Source: Alphaproteobacteria bacterium
GTDB lineage: Bacteria; Pseudomonadota; Alphaproteobacteria; CALKHQ01
DNA length: 64,000 bases
Assembly: GCA_965227515.1 (NCBI GenBank)
Contig: CBDDFZ010000001.1
Coordinates: 2,368,001-2,432,000 of the forward strand
Direction: 5' to 3'
The notes under the pieces were generated by a model. The model was not told the DNA's origin, did not search any database, and was given only the letters and a program-made list of their open reading frames with translations. Shown here in pieces: positions 10,548 to 21,093 of the stretch; the first letter of the stretch is position 1; each line of letters starts with the position of its first letter. A program made the translations under genes and the position numbers.

Positions 10548-10940
10548 AATAATCAGTTCCCCCCAGATAACCGACGATCAACAAGGATGGTCCCATCGCC
10601 TGAGCCGTTTGGCAAGCCGGCCCGCGCATGGCAACCGTGTGAGAGGCCACTCTCGGCGTCGATGGGTGTGGACCGGTCGGTCCAGCGATATGTCATTGGC
10701 TATTGGCAACGTTCCACCTCGGGTGCCCGCTCGCCCGCAATACATCCGAAAGACAATGCCATGGAGATGGCTCATCTCAACAATCTCAATGGCAAGAACC
10801 GAAATCCACCGCGTTCGGAATATCAACCTGTCTGGGGGATCAGGGTTAAACGCTTGGTGACAATGTTAGCCTAGGCTCCGACCTGCGATGGGGGTCGCAA
10901 GGGTACGAGAGTGCCCGCATCATAGGTTTGGGGACAATCC

Positions 10941-12347
10941 ATGACTGCGACGAACAGCGACCGCCAGGCCGATGGCGGGAAGTCGATGGACGACATTGCC
11001 GCCGGGGCGGGGCGTGTCGGCCTGGAACTGGTGGACATTGCCGGGTCGGTCGAAGACATCACCGCGGCCATGCAGGACAAGGCGACGGCGTTCGAGCAAT
11101 TGCTTGGGGCCGCGCACGTCATTTCCGACAGCAACCGGCAGATCCTGTCGGCGGCGAGCGAGGCCGGCGAGGCCGCCAGCAGTGCGTCGCGCGATGCGGC
11201 CACGTCGCAGCAGACCGTCTCCACCGCGCTGGACGACATCCACGCCCTGATCGAGGATGTCTCTGGCATGGAATCGCAGCTTGGCGGGCTGCAGGAAGCG
11301 TTGGGCAAGGTCGCGTCGGTTGCGGCGGGCATCTATGCCATCGCTGGCCAGACCAATCTGCTGGCGTTGAACGCGACCATCGAGGCGGCGCGGGCCGGCG
11401 AGGCGGGACGAGGCTTCGCGGTGGTCGCCAACGAGGTGAAGGCGCTGGCGGCCCAGACCGGCGACGCCACCAAGCAGATCGATGCGTCGCTGAAGCAGCT
11501 CACCGAGCAGGCCGACCGCCTGATCGCCCAGGGCGCCTCCAGCAACGAGCGTGCGCTGCGCGTGCGCGAAGGGACCAGCAGCCTTGGCGCGGTGGTGGAA
11601 GCCGCCGGTGCCGCGATGCAATCCATCGAACGCCAGAACCAGGGCATTGGCGACGCGGCCGAGGAAATCGACCGCCGGTCCGAGGAGTTCTTCGGCTCGC
11701 TCGAGGCGCTGACCACGGCGATCACCGGGTCCAGCTCGGCCCTGGGCGAGACCCGCGATCGGGTCAACCGGGTGATGGCGGAGAGCGAGGCCCTGGTGCG
11801 GCTGACCGCGGCCAGTGCCGACAACACGGTCGACCGCATCTTCATCGAGCGTGCGCAGGGGGCCGCCAACGAGATCGCGCGCCTGTTCCAGGATGCGGTT
11901 GCCAGCGGCGCGATTTCGCTCGCAGACCTGTTTACGCGCGACTACAAGCCGATTGCCGGCACCGACCCGCAGCAGGTGATGGCGCCGTTCACGTCATTAA
12001 CAGACCGCCTGCTGCCGCCGGTGCAGGAGCCGGTGCTGGCGTCGGACGAGCGCATCGTGTTTTGCGCGGCGGTCGACGACCGCGGTTATCTGCCGACCCA
12101 CAACGAGAAGTTCTCCAAGCCGCAGGGCGACGATCCGGTGTGGAACAACGCCAACTGCCGTAACCGGCGGGTCTTCGACGATCGCGTCGGCCTTGGGGCG
12201 GGCAAGAATAAGCAGCCGTTCCTGGTCCAGACCTACCGGCGCGACATGGGTGGCGGCAAGTTCGTGCTGATGAAGGACGTATCGGCGCCCATCGTCGTCG
12301 ATGGCCGCCATTGGGGCGGCCTGCGCATCGGCTACAAGACCAGCTAG
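10941..12347 (+). CDS. Cytoplasmic methyl-accepting chemotaxis protein with C-terminal sensor domain
   Basis: [34 protein letters not shown]; no TM segments; C-terminal [25 protein letters not shown]. Confidence 0.92.
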   Translation: MTATNSDRQADGGKSMDDIAAGAGRVGLELVDIAGSVEDITAAMQDKATAFEQLLGAAHVISDSNRQILSAASEAGEAASSASRDAATSQQTVSTALDDIHALIEDVSGMESQLGGLQEALGKVASVAAGIYAIAGQTNLLALNATIEAARAGEAGRGFAVVANEVKALAAQTGDATKQIDASLKQLTEQADRLIAQGASSNERALRVREGTSSLGAVVEAAGAAMQSIERQNQGIGDAAEEIDRRSEEFFGSLEALTTAITGSSSALGETRDRVNRVMAESEALVRLTAASADNTVDRIFIERAQGAANEIARLFQDAVASGAISLADLFTRDYKPIAGTDPQQVMAPFTSLTDRLLPPVQEPVLASDERIVFCAAVDDRGYLPTHNEKFSKPQGDDPVWNNANCRNRRVFDDRVGLGAGKNKQPFLVQTYRRDMGGGKFVLMKDVSAPIVVDGRHWGGLRIGYKTS

Positions 12348-12466
12348 TTCCCGCTATGGCATGCGCTGGGCGCATGCCTGACCTGCGCGCTGTTCCGCGA
12401 CTGCGGGCGGCTAGGGCGCTATCATGCCGCGCCGCCCGCATGGCCGCCCACCGGAAAGCATCCTTC

Positions 12467-13705
12467 ATGAACCTGCCGATCCTAGCCATCCGCACCCATG
12501 GGCGGCTGATCGCGTTCGGCATGCTGATGGTGTTCTGTTCCGGTCCGGGCCAGACCTACTTCATCTCCCTGTTCGGCGACGAGATCCGCCAGGCCTTCGG
12601 CCTGTCCCACGGCGATTTCGGCAGCCTGTTTTCCGTCGGCACCATTGCCGGCGCCGCCGTGCTGTTGTGGGCGGGCCGGCTGATCGACCGTGTGCCGCTC
12701 TTCGTCATGGCGGGGCTGGTGGTCGCCATCATGGCCGCGTTGTGCGCGCTGATGGGCCTGTTGTGGAGTGCCGCGGCGCTGGGCTTCGCGTTCTTCGGCC
12801 TGCGCCTGGTGGGGCAGGGGCTGACGGTGCACACGGCGATGACCACCATGGCGCGCAGCTTCGCGGCCGCGCGGGGCAAGGCGATCAGCCTGGCGTCCCT
12901 GGGCCACACCATCGGCAACGCCGCGCTGCCGGCGCTGGTGGTGGCGGCGCTTGCGGTGATGACGTGGCGCGAGGTCTGGTTCGTGGCGGCCGCCGTGTTG
13001 CTGGCGACGGTGCCGGTGGTGCTGTGGCTGCTGCGCGGCCACGCCGCCCGCACGGCGGTGCGCGAGGCGCAGGTCGCCGCCGCCCCGCCGGTCAATACCG
13101 CCGCCTACGACGCCAGGCTCGGCGAGGCCTTGCGCGATCCCGGCCTGTGGATGCGGTTGCCCGCGCTGATGGCGCCGGCGTTCGTGTTCACCGGGCTGAT
13201 CTTCCACCAGGACCACATCGCGGCGGTGCGCGGCTGGCCCGACACGCTGATGGCCGCCGGTTTCACCACGTTCGCGATCGTGTCTGCCGTGTCGTTGCTG
13301 GCTGCCGGCCCGATGGTCGACAGGTTCAGCGCGCGCCGTCTGGTGCCGGTGTTCCTGCTGCCGCTGACACTGGCCAGCCTGTGCTTGGCGTTCGGCGAGG
13401 CGCAGTTGTTCGTGCCGGTATTCTTCGGCCTGTTGGGCGCGGGCACGGGGCTCGCCGTGGTGTTGAACGCCGCCATATGGGCAGAGCTTTACGGCACCCG
13501 CCATCTGGGGGCGATCCGGGCGTTCGGGCAGTCCGGCATGGGGTTCGCCAGCGGGCTGGCGCCGTCGCTGTTTGGTGTGCTGATGGATGCGGGCGTGTCG
13601 GTCACCGCCATCGCGGTCGGGTCGGCGGTCTATTGCGTGGCCGCCTCCTTGCTCGCCGCGTTCGCCCAGGCGCCAAGGATGATGGCCCAGCCAGTGCTGC
13701 GCTAG
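12467..13705 (+). CDS. MFS transporter
   Basis: About 12 hydrophobic segments; GRLIDR and GPMVDRFSAR MFS loop motifs. Confidence 0.88.
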   Translation: MNLPILAIRTHGRLIAFGMLMVFCSGPGQTYFISLFGDEIRQAFGLSHGDFGSLFSVGTIAGAAVLLWAGRLIDRVPLFVMAGLVVAIMAALCALMGLLWSAAALGFAFFGLRLVGQGLTVHTAMTTMARSFAAARGKAISLASLGHTIGNAALPALVVAALAVMTWREVWFVAAAVLLATVPVVLWLLRGHAARTAVREAQVAAAPPVNTAAYDARLGEALRDPGLWMRLPALMAPAFVFTGLIFHQDHIAAVRGWPDTLMAAGFTTFAIVSAVSLLAAGPMVDRFSARRLVPVFLLPLTLASLCLAFGEAQLFVPVFFGLLGAGTGLAVVLNAAIWAELYGTRHLGAIRAFGQSGMGFASGLAPSLFGVLMDAGVSVTAIAVGSAVYCVAASLLAAFAQAPRMMAQPVLR

Positions 13706-13717
13706 CGCGCGAACTCG

Positions 13718-14803
13718 TCAGGTCCAGGCCGCCTTCATGCCGTCGCGCCAGCCGCCGTGGAACGGGTGGTCGGCGGCGATCGGCAGGGGCTCGGCCTCGC
13801 CGGTCAGCGCCGAGCGATAGGCGGCCGTCAGCAGCTCGATGGACCGCCGCGCGTCGGCCAACGTGACCGGCAGCGGAGCGTCACCGACAAGTGCCGCGTG
13901 CAGGCGGTGGAACTGGCCAGCAAACCCTTCCGGCAGCGGCATGAAGTCGGCCAGGGCCTCGTCGATCCGCTTGGCGGCGGCGGGGTCGTCATGCGGGAAC
14001 GTCCACGGGTCGGTTCCCGGCGCGTACGGCTCCAGGCAGCTTTCGGCCACCAGGTCGCGGAAGCAGAACCGCAGGCGAGAGGTCTGTTGCCGCGATCCCA
14101 GCGTCACCGACGATGTGGCGAACGCGCCGCTATCGAATGCCAGCGACAGCACGGCCGTGTCCTCGGTCTCGTTGCCGTTCAGCCGGCGCGAGGCGCGCGC
14201 GTGCACGCTCACCGGCCAGCCCAGCGCCTCGCACAGCAGGTCATGGATGTGGATCGCATGGCTGGTCAGGCAGCCGCCGAGCTCGCGGTCGAACGTGCCG
14301 CGCCAGGCCGCGGCCGCATAATACTCGGCGTCGCGGTACCAGTGCGTCTCGGCGGTGGCGATCACCGCCGGGCCGGCCACGCCCTTCGCCATCAGATGGC
14401 GCAGCTTCTGGTAACCGTGGCCGAACCGGTACTGGAACACCGGGCAGATGCGCCGCCCCGCGTTCGCCTCGGCGGCCTCCAGCGCCTCGATCTCGCTCAG
14501 CGCGCAGGCGGTCGGTTTTTCCACCACCACGTGCTTGCCGGCGGCAAGTGCTGCCAGCGTGTGGGGCAGGTGCAGCCAAGGCGGGGTGCACACATGGACC
14601 ACGTCCAGGTCGCGGTCGAGCAATGCCTCCATGCTGGTAAGCACATGGCCGATGCCATGCTCGGCGGCGACGGCGCCCGCGCGTGCCGTGTCCAAATCGG
14701 CGATGGCATCGATCTCGAACAGGTCCGGCAACGCTGCCAGGCCGGCGGCATGCTGGGCACCGATACCGGCGCCGACGATGCCGACCTTCAGGCGCCCTGT
14801 CAT
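13718..14803 (-). CDS. Gfo/Idh/MocA oxidoreductase
   Basis: VGIVGAG, HVVVEKP, GGCLTSHAIH. Confidence 0.9.
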   Translation of the reverse strand: MTGRLKVGIVGAGIGAQHAAGLAALPDLFEIDAIADLDTARAGAVAAEHGIGHVLTSMEALLDRDLDVVHVCTPPWLHLPHTLAALAAGKHVVVEKPTACALSEIEALEAAEANAGRRICPVFQYRFGHGYQKLRHLMAKGVAGPAVIATAETHWYRDAEYYAAAAWRGTFDRELGGCLTSHAIHIHDLLCEALGWPVSVHARASRRLNGNETEDTAVLSLAFDSGAFATSSVTLGSRQQTSRLRFCFRDLVAESCLEPYAPGTDPWTFPHDDPAAAKRIDEALADFMPLPEGFAGQFHRLHAALVGDAPLPVTLADARRSIELLTAAYRSALTGEAEPLPIAADHPFHGGWRDGMKAAWT

Positions 14804-14818
14804 GAGAGCGGGGTCATC

Positions 14819-15877
14819 TCAGCGGGGCGCCGGCCGGCTGCCGGTCAGCTCCTCAGCCATCTCCGCCGCCTCGATCGCCAGTTGCATCGCCATGAAGCAA
14901 CGGTCTTGCGGCATGGCGGTCTCGGTGCGGTTCAGCACATCGTCGCGGAGCTGCCGGCCATAGGGGATCTCGGTCGCGGAACAGTCGATGTGGCGCGTGC
15001 CCTTGCCATCGGTCAGGAACAGGTGATCGCCGCCCGGGCGCCCCTCCACGTCCATGTACTTCCTGAGTTCGATCATGCCCTCGGTGCCGAGCAGGAACAG
15101 CCGCCCGTCACCCCACACCGGCGAGCCGTCGGGCGTGAACCAGTCGACCCGGACGAAGCCGGTGGCACTGTCGGACGCCACCACGGCGTGGCCGTAGTCG
15201 CGGAAGTCGGGGTGGTCCGGATTGTCGAAGTTCGCCACCATGGCCGACGTGATGCGCGCGTCGGTGGACCCGGTGAAAAACAGGAACTGTTCGAGCTGGT
15301 GGGAGGCGATGTCGATCAGGATGTGGCCGCCGCGCGCCGGATCCCAGAACCAGTCGGGCCGCACCGCACCCCCCTCCGGATTGGTGAGCTGGTGCGGGCC
15401 GAGGCCGACGGTGCTGATCACCCGCCCGATGGCGCCGGCATGCACCAGGTCGCCGGCCGCCAGCGTCGACCGCTGGGTCAGGTGCTCCGAGTAGCAGATC
15501 GAGAAGATGCGCCCGGTCTCGGCCTGCACCTGCCGCAGCTCGGCCAGTTGGGCGGCGGTGGTGCAGCCGGGCTTGTCGACCATCACGTCCTTGCCCGCGC
15601 GCATTGCCCGCACCGCCATCGGCCCGCGCACGTTCGGGATGCCGGCGCCAACCACCATGCGGATGTCGCCGTCCTCCAGCACCGCCCGTTCGTCGCCCAC
15701 GCGCTGCGCATCGGGATAACGCTGGGCGAACGCGGCGGCCAGATCGTCCTCTGGCGCGAAGAAGCTCTTCAGCGTGCAGCCGGCGGCCAGCATGGCATCG
15801 ACCTGGCCGTAGATGTGGCCGTGGTTGATGCCGATGACGCCGATGGGAAAGCCGCCCTGGGCGGCGGTGTCAGTCAT
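14819..15877 (-). CDS. Gfo/Idh/MocA oxidoreductase
   Basis: IGINHGHIY, VMVDKP, ILIDIASHQ. Confidence 0.9.
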   Translation of the reverse strand: MTDTAAQGGFPIGVIGINHGHIYGQVDAMLAAGCTLKSFFAPEDDLAAAFAQRYPDAQRVGDERAVLEDGDIRMVVGAGIPNVRGPMAVRAMRAGKDVMVDKPGCTTAAQLAELRQVQAETGRIFSICYSEHLTQRSTLAAGDLVHAGAIGRVISTVGLGPHQLTNPEGGAVRPDWFWDPARGGHILIDIASHQLEQFLFFTGSTDARITSAMVANFDNPDHPDFRDYGHAVVASDSATGFVRVDWFTPDGSPVWGDGRLFLLGTEGMIELRKYMDVEGRPGGDHLFLTDGKGTRHIDCSATEIPYGRQLRDDVLNRTETAMPQDRCFMAMQLAIEAAEMAEELTGSRPAPR

Positions 15878-15886
15878 TTGGGTTCG

Positions 15887-16630
15887 TCATTGTGTTGCGT
15901 CTCCGCGTTGATAAACCGAGATGTGCATCTTGCTGTCGGCCGTGAACGGCTCGCGCGACCAGCCGCCCCAACGGTGTCGCAGGCTGAGGCCGGCAAGCCG
16001 CGCCATCAGGTCGATTTCCGATGGCCACGCATAGCGCATCGGCAGCGGCACGAGCTGCACCCCCTGCTGCGTGATCCTGATCCGCTGGGCGTCCAGCACC
16101 TGATGTACCGGATCGTGGGCGATGGCTTCCAGCCATACGGAGTCCATGGCGACACGTTTGGTCCCCACGCGCTGGTGCCTGGTGAAGTCCGACAGGTCGG
16201 GCACGAAGGTCTCGACCAGGAACGTGCCGCCGTCGACCAGGTGGTCGGCGACGCACTGGAAGCAGCGCACCTGGCTCTCCTGGGACGGCAGGTTGAACAG
16301 CGTGTTGAAGACCAGGAAGGCGTGGTCGAACCGCCCGTCGACGCTGAAATCGGCCATGTCGCCGATGGTCACCGGAATCGCCTCGCCACCCGGCTTGGCG
16401 CGCAGCTCTGCCACCATGTCCGGCGATGCCTCGACGCCCGCGATGGTGTGGCCAGCCTGGGCCAAGGGCAGCGCGATGCGGCCGGTGCCGATGGCAAGCT
16501 CCAGGATCACCCCGTCGCCGGCCAGTTCGGAGATCAGCTTGACCGTCGCGTCGGTCGTGCCGGGGTCGTGCAGCGTGTCATAGTCGTCGGCATTGAGCTC
16601 GCCGAAGGTCGCCGGCCCGAAACCATCCAT
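15887..16630 (-). CDS. Class I SAM-dependent methyltransferase
   Basis: LELAIGTGRIA, GDMADF, VFNTLFNL; GGAGG SD before ATG 16630. Confidence 0.88.
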   Translation of the reverse strand: MDGFGPATFGELNADDYDTLHDPGTTDATVKLISELAGDGVILELAIGTGRIALPLAQAGHTIAGVEASPDMVAELRAKPGGEAIPVTIGDMADFSVDGRFDHAFLVFNTLFNLPSQESQVRCFQCVADHLVDGGTFLVETFVPDLSDFTRHQRVGTKRVAMDSVWLEAIAHDPVHQVLDAQRIRITQQGVQLVPLPMRYAWPSEIDLMARLAGLSLRHRWGGWSREPFTADSKMHISVYQRGDATQ

Positions 16631-16745
16631 AGCTGTCCCCCTCCGTTTCTTTCCTTGCCCGATCGACATTCGATCTGCCGCAACAGCGGGTCTATAGTCG
16701 ATGGTGCGCCGGATAAGAAGGCGCATGTTCCCCGGAGGAAACACA

Positions 16746-17843
16746 ATGAAACGCATCGGAAAGCTGGCGCTCTGTGCGCCCTTGCTGTTGCTGCCCTTGG
16801 TCGCCGAGGCGCAGGAGAAGGTCATCTACGACACTGACTTCGGCACCCTGAACGACGACGGCATGGGCCTGATCATGCTTGCGGCGATGCAGGCCGAAGG
16901 CGAGGTCGACCTGCTCGGCATCACCGTGGTGTCGGGCAACCAGTGGCTGGCGCAGGGTGTGGCCGATGCCTTGCGGTCGGTCGAGCGTTTGGGCATCGCC
17001 GACGTGCCGGTGCTGGCTGGCGCGGTCTATCCGCTGGTCCGCGACTACCGCAGCCTGGAGGCCGAGCAGGCGCTCTACGGCCGCGGCTGGGCCGGCGCCT
17101 TGAGCAACCCGCGCCCGCAGTCGCACGCCGACCTGAATGCGCCGCCGGACGGTTTCGCCCAGAACACCGAGGTGGCCGACGGCCACGCGGTCGATTTCAT
17201 CATCGACCAGGTGCGCGCCAATCCCGGCGAGGTGACGATCCTGGCTATCGGGCCGGCCACCAATGTGGCGCTGGCGGTGCGGATGGCGCCCGACATCTCG
17301 CCGCTGATCAAGCGCATCATCTGGATGGGTGGCGCGTTCGATGCCATGGGCAACGTGACGCCGGCGGCCGAGTTCAACTGGTGGTTTGATCCCGAGGCGG
17401 CGCGGATCGTGCTGCGCGAGCCGATCCCGCAGGTGATCGTGTCGCTGGATGTCACCAACAAGGTGGCGATGGAGCTGGAGCAGTATCAGGCGATCACCGA
17501 GATCGAGAATCCGACCGTGATCACCGAGCTGTGGAAGACCTTGAACGCGGAGCGGTTCGCCGGCCCCAATCCGCGCCGCAGCATCTGGGACACGATTGCC
17601 GTCGGCTACTTGGCCGATCCGGACATCGTCACCGACATGCGCCGGTTCTTCGTCGATGTCGATGTCGCGATGGGGCCGAACTACGGGCGGGCGCTGGGCT
17701 ATGGCGTCGATTCCGACAATCCCGACGTGTCGCCGGTGGCCGGGCTGCAGCCGGCCGACGTGATCTATGAGATCGACGCGGACCGGTTTTGGGCCCGCTT
17801 CGTCGAGTTGATGACGGCGGAATTCCCGGTTGGCCAGGACTGA
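16746..17843 (+). CDS. Nucleoside hydrolase with signal peptide
   Basis: DTDFGTLNDD, GITVVSGN, IGPATNVA, MGG, AEFNWWFDPEAA; GGAGG SD; signal ending AEA. Confidence 0.88.
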   Translation: MKRIGKLALCAPLLLLPLVAEAQEKVIYDTDFGTLNDDGMGLIMLAAMQAEGEVDLLGITVVSGNQWLAQGVADALRSVERLGIADVPVLAGAVYPLVRDYRSLEAEQALYGRGWAGALSNPRPQSHADLNAPPDGFAQNTEVADGHAVDFIIDQVRANPGEVTILAIGPATNVALAVRMAPDISPLIKRIIWMGGAFDAMGNVTPAAEFNWWFDPEAARIVLREPIPQVIVSLDVTNKVAMELEQYQAITEIENPTVITELWKTLNAERFAGPNPRRSIWDTIAVGYLADPDIVTDMRRFFVDVDVAMGPNYGRALGYGVDSDNPDVSPVAGLQPADVIYEIDADRFWARFVELMTAEFPVGQD

Positions 17844-17912
17844 GTCTGGATCCGAATGAGTGTGGGCGGCTGTCCTGGTCACTGACCGGACGGCTGCCCA
17901 TGCCGAAGCCCG

Positions 17913-18038
17913 CTACCGCTTCCGGCCGCTGCGCTGATTTTGCAGCCGCTTGTGCATCCAGGCGGCCCAAGCGAACCCCGCGCCAGCCAGCAGCAGCGCG
18001 GCAATCGGCAAACCGATGGTCAAGGCATTGGCTTCCAT
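17913..18038 (-). CDS. 41-aa single-TM microprotein, absent from the ORF track
   Basis: GGAGGAG SD; MEANALTIGLPIAALLLAGAGFAWAAWMHKRLQNQRSGRKR*. Confidence 0.6.
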   Translation of the reverse strand: MEANALTIGLPIAALLLAGAGFAWAAWMHKRLQNQRSGRKR

Positions 18039-18041
18039 TGC

Positions 18042-18266
18042 CTACTCCTCCATCAGAAACCTGAAGACCAAGTGTGCCGTTATATGTAGTGCGAGTGCAA
18101 CGATGCACCAAATCACATTGAGCGTGCTGAAGCCCTGCTGGTTGGCCAGCAGTGGCAGCAAGGCGCCGAATCCGACAAATCCCAGCGCGACCGCATTGAT
18201 CGTATTCGCCAGCAGCTTGATCCGCTCATTGAAACGAACGGCTGCAATATTGGCCGTCACCGCCAT
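18042..18266 (-). CDS. Small 2-TM membrane protein (~74 aa)
   Basis: RFNERIKLLANTINAVALGF followed by two hydrophobic segments. Confidence 0.65.
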   Translation of the reverse strand: MAVTANIAAVRFNERIKLLANTINAVALGFVGFGALLPLLANQQGFSTLNVIWCIVALALHITAHLVFRFLMEE

Positions 18267-18346
18267 CCATTTGCCCTCAATGACCGATCGCCATGGAAGG
18301 CGAACTTCAAGCACAGGTCAATGGCGTCAGGTAACCAGCGCGAAGC

Positions 18347-19180
18347 CTATCGGCTGGCCGATTTGTTGGCGTACATCTCGACGTCGGCGGCGTGCAGGGC
18401 GTCGTTGACGTCCATGTCGGACGAGATCGGGTGCAGGCCCCAGGCCGTGGTCACCGGAATGGCGGCATTGCGCCACTGCGCGGGGGAGGCGCGCAGCGCG
18501 TCGACGATTGCCTGGCCGCGCGCGCTGGCGGCCTTCTCGTCGGTGTTGACCAGCAGGATGCCGAACTCGTCGCCGCCCAGCCGGCCCAAAATGTCCGAGC
18601 GGCGGACGTGCTGGCGCACGGTGTCGGCAAAGTGGCGCAACGCCTCGTCGCCGGCCAGGTGCCCCAGCGAATCGTTGATGGTCTTCATGCCGTTGATGTC
18701 GAAGAACAGGATCGTGCTCGGCGCGTCGTAGCGGGTGGCGAAGTTCACGTAGCGCGTCACCTCGCGCACGAAGGCGCGGCGGTTGAACAGCCCGGTCAGC
18801 GGGTCTTCGTCGGCCAGCTTCTCCAGCTCGCTGATCCGGCGTTCCTTGGCCATCAGGTCCTGTTGCAGGCGGCTGACTTCGTCGATCAGGCGCTGGATCG
18901 CGTCATGGACCCGCGGCGTCAGCTCGCTTTCGGGAATGCCGGCAATCGAGACGCTGGCCGAGGGTTGCTCGACGGCGCCGGTCGAATTCGCGGCGACCTT
19001 GGCCGCGCTGTCGGCTTTGCTTTGTCGGGTGGCGTAGGCCCTGACCTGGGCGGTCCGCGCTGTATCGATTCGCACTGTCCTGTCGTCCCGTCTTGAGCGC
19101 TCGACGGGACGCCCGGTTCTCGGCACGGCCCGCGCTTCCTGCGCAACGGTGGCATGGGCCGCTTCCTGGGCCCGCGCCAT
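18347..19180 (-). CDS. Diguanylate cyclase (coiled coil + GGDEF)
   Basis: [22 protein letters not shown]-site, RLGGDEF. Confidence 0.92.
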   Translation of the reverse strand: MARAQEAAHATVAQEARAVPRTGRPVERSRRDDRTVRIDTARTAQVRAYATRQSKADSAAKVAANSTGAVEQPSASVSIAGIPESELTPRVHDAIQRLIDEVSRLQQDLMAKERRISELEKLADEDPLTGLFNRRAFVREVTRYVNFATRYDAPSTILFFDINGMKTINDSLGHLAGDEALRHFADTVRQHVRRSDILGRLGGDEFGILLVNTDEKAASARGQAIVDALRASPAQWRNAAIPVTTAWGLHPISSDMDVNDALHAADVEMYANKSASR

Positions 19181-19327
19181 CTCCAGCTACTAGCACGCCA
19201 GGGTTACCAAATTGCTCATCCGGCAACATTGCGCCAAATGAAACGCAAATCCGCTGCTGCGCCGTGCCCGGGCATGGGATATCAAGGACGCAGGCGACAG
19301 CAGGCGGCGACAGCAGGAGCGACCGAT

Positions 19328-20398
19328 ATGGCCGAAGTCACGCTGGACAATGTGCAGAAGGTCTATGGGGGCGATGTCCACGCGGTGAAGGGCATTTCCA
19401 TCGCCGCGGCCGACGGCGAGTTCGTGGTTCTGGTGGGCCCATCCGGTTGCGGCAAGTCGACCCTGCTGCGGATGATCGCCGGCCTGGAGGACATTACCGA
19501 GGGCGCGGTGTTCATCGACGGCACCATGGTCAACGACCTGGAGCCGGCGGAGCGTGACATCGCCATGGTGTTCCAGAACTACGCGCTCTATCCGCACATG
19601 ACGGTCTACCGCAACATGGCCTACGGCCTGCGCAACAGGAAGACGCCGCCCGACGAGATCGACCGGCGGGTGCGGTCCGCGGCGGAGACCCTGCAGCTCG
19701 AAGAGTTCCTGGAGCGCAAGCCGAAGCAGCTTTCCGGCGGCCAGCGCCAGCGTGTCGCCATGGGCCGCGCCATCGTGCGCGAGCCGAAGGTGTTCCTGTT
19801 CGACGAGCCGCTCTCCAATCTGGACGCCAAGTTGCGGGTGCAGATGCGGGTCGAGATCAAGAAGCTGCAGCGCAAGCTGGGCGTGACCAGCTTCTACGTG
19901 ACCCACGACCAGACCGAGGCGATGACCATGGCCGACCGGCTGGTGGTGATGAACGGCGGCATCGCCGAGCAGATCGGCACCCCGATGGAGGTCTACAACC
20001 GGCCGGCGACCACCTTCGTGGCGGGCTTCATCGGCTCGCCGGCGATGAACCTGCTGCCGGCGCATGTCGATGGCCGCGCGGTCGCCATCGACGGTGGGCC
20101 GACGCTGTCGCTCGGCCGCAACGACAGCATCGACAACGAGGGCCGGCCGGCGGTGGTGGGCTTGCGGCCGGAACATCTGGTGGCGGATGGCGGCGAGGGC
20201 CCGATCCGCCTTTCCGTCGAGCTGGTCGAGCCGCTGGGCGCCGACACGCTGGCCCACGGCCGTCTCGGCGATACCGGACACGCGCTGACCGCGCGGCTGC
20301 CGGGCGCTGCCTCGGTGGAGGACGGGGAGACGCTGGAGCTCGGCATCGCGCCCGAGCACATCCACGCCTTCGACCGTGCCAGCGGTTTTCGGATCTAG
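19328..20398 (+). CDS. ugpC: Sugar/sn-glycerol-3-phosphate ABC ATPase
   Basis: [47 protein letters not shown]; AGGAG SD. Confidence 0.85.
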   Translation: MAEVTLDNVQKVYGGDVHAVKGISIAAADGEFVVLVGPSGCGKSTLLRMIAGLEDITEGAVFIDGTMVNDLEPAERDIAMVFQNYALYPHMTVYRNMAYGLRNRKTPPDEIDRRVRSAAETLQLEEFLERKPKQLSGGQRQRVAMGRAIVREPKVFLFDEPLSNLDAKLRVQMRVEIKKLQRKLGVTSFYVTHDQTEAMTMADRLVVMNGGIAEQIGTPMEVYNRPATTFVAGFIGSPAMNLLPAHVDGRAVAIDGGPTLSLGRNDSIDNEGRPAVVGLRPEHLVADGGEGPIRLSVELVEPLGADTLAHGRLGDTGHALTARLPGAASVEDGETLELGIAPEHIHAFDRASGFRI

Positions 20399-20428
20399 GC
20401 GCAGCGGATCTGGGCGGGGCGGATCGTC

Positions 20429-20920
20429 ATGGCAGCACAGGTCGGCATCATCATGGGCAGCCAGTCGGACTGGTCGACCATGCGCCATGCCGCCGACGTG
20501 CTGGATGCCCTGGGCGTCGAGCACGAGGTGCGCATCGTCTCCGCCCACCGCACGCCGCACCGCCTGGTCGACTACGCCACTGGGGCGCGGGAGCGGGGGC
20601 TGAAGGTGGTCGTGGCCGGCGCCGGTGGGGCCGCGCACCTGCCGGGCATGGCGGCGGCCATGACGCCGCTGCCGGTGTTCGGCGTGCCAGTGGAAAGCCG
20701 GGCGCTGAAGGGCATGGACAGCCTGCTTTCCATCGTGCAGATGCCTGGCGGCGTGCCGGTGGGCACACTGGCCATCGGCGAGGCGGGCGCGCGCAATGCC
20801 GGGCTGCTGGCCGCAGCCGTGATCGCGCTCAACGACGATGCGGTCGCCGCCGCGCTGGACGCCTACCGCGCCCGCCAGACCGACGCTGTGGCGCTGGAAC
20901 CGGTCGACGCGCCAGGTTGA
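20429..20920 (+). CDS. purE: N5-CAIR mutase
   Basis: [37 protein letters not shown]. Confidence 0.97.
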   Translation: MAAQVGIIMGSQSDWSTMRHAADVLDALGVEHEVRIVSAHRTPHRLVDYATGARERGLKVVVAGAGGAAHLPGMAAAMTPLPVFGVPVESRALKGMDSLLSIVQMPGGVPVGTLAIGEAGARNAGLLAAAVIALNDDAVAAALDAYRARQTDAVALEPVDAPG

Positions 20921-20962
20921 ACTTGTCCTTGTGTGCGCCCGGCCCTGGTCTTTCACCTCTCT

Positions 20963-21060
20963 GTCATGCGCGGACTTGATCCGCGCATCCACGTCTTGGC
21001 TTCGACTGTTCGAAAGACGTGGATACCCGGGTCTCGACCTACGGTCGGCCCGGGCATGAC
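20963..21060. repeat. GTC-type REP doublet between purE and purK
   Basis: GTCATGCGCGGACTTGATCCGCGCATCCACGTCTT ... AAGACGTGGATACCCGGG...CCCGGGCATGAC, a nested inverted structure. Confidence 0.8.
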
Positions 21061-21093
21061 GTCAGTTCTTTGGTCCGCGATGTGGAACGTCCA

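Noticed and set aside
10843-10870. CtrA site upstream of the MCP
   Set aside because: Only a TTAACC half-site; the second half has two mismatches
10560-10874. Several 80-110 aa ORFs at the islet edge
   Set aside because: Overlapping on both strands with no SD or motif; none can be supported
13757-16837. 1026-aa plus-strand ORF
   Set aside because: Shadow of three well-supported minus-strand genes
19190-20992. 600-aa minus-strand ORF
   Set aside because: Shadow of ugpC and purE
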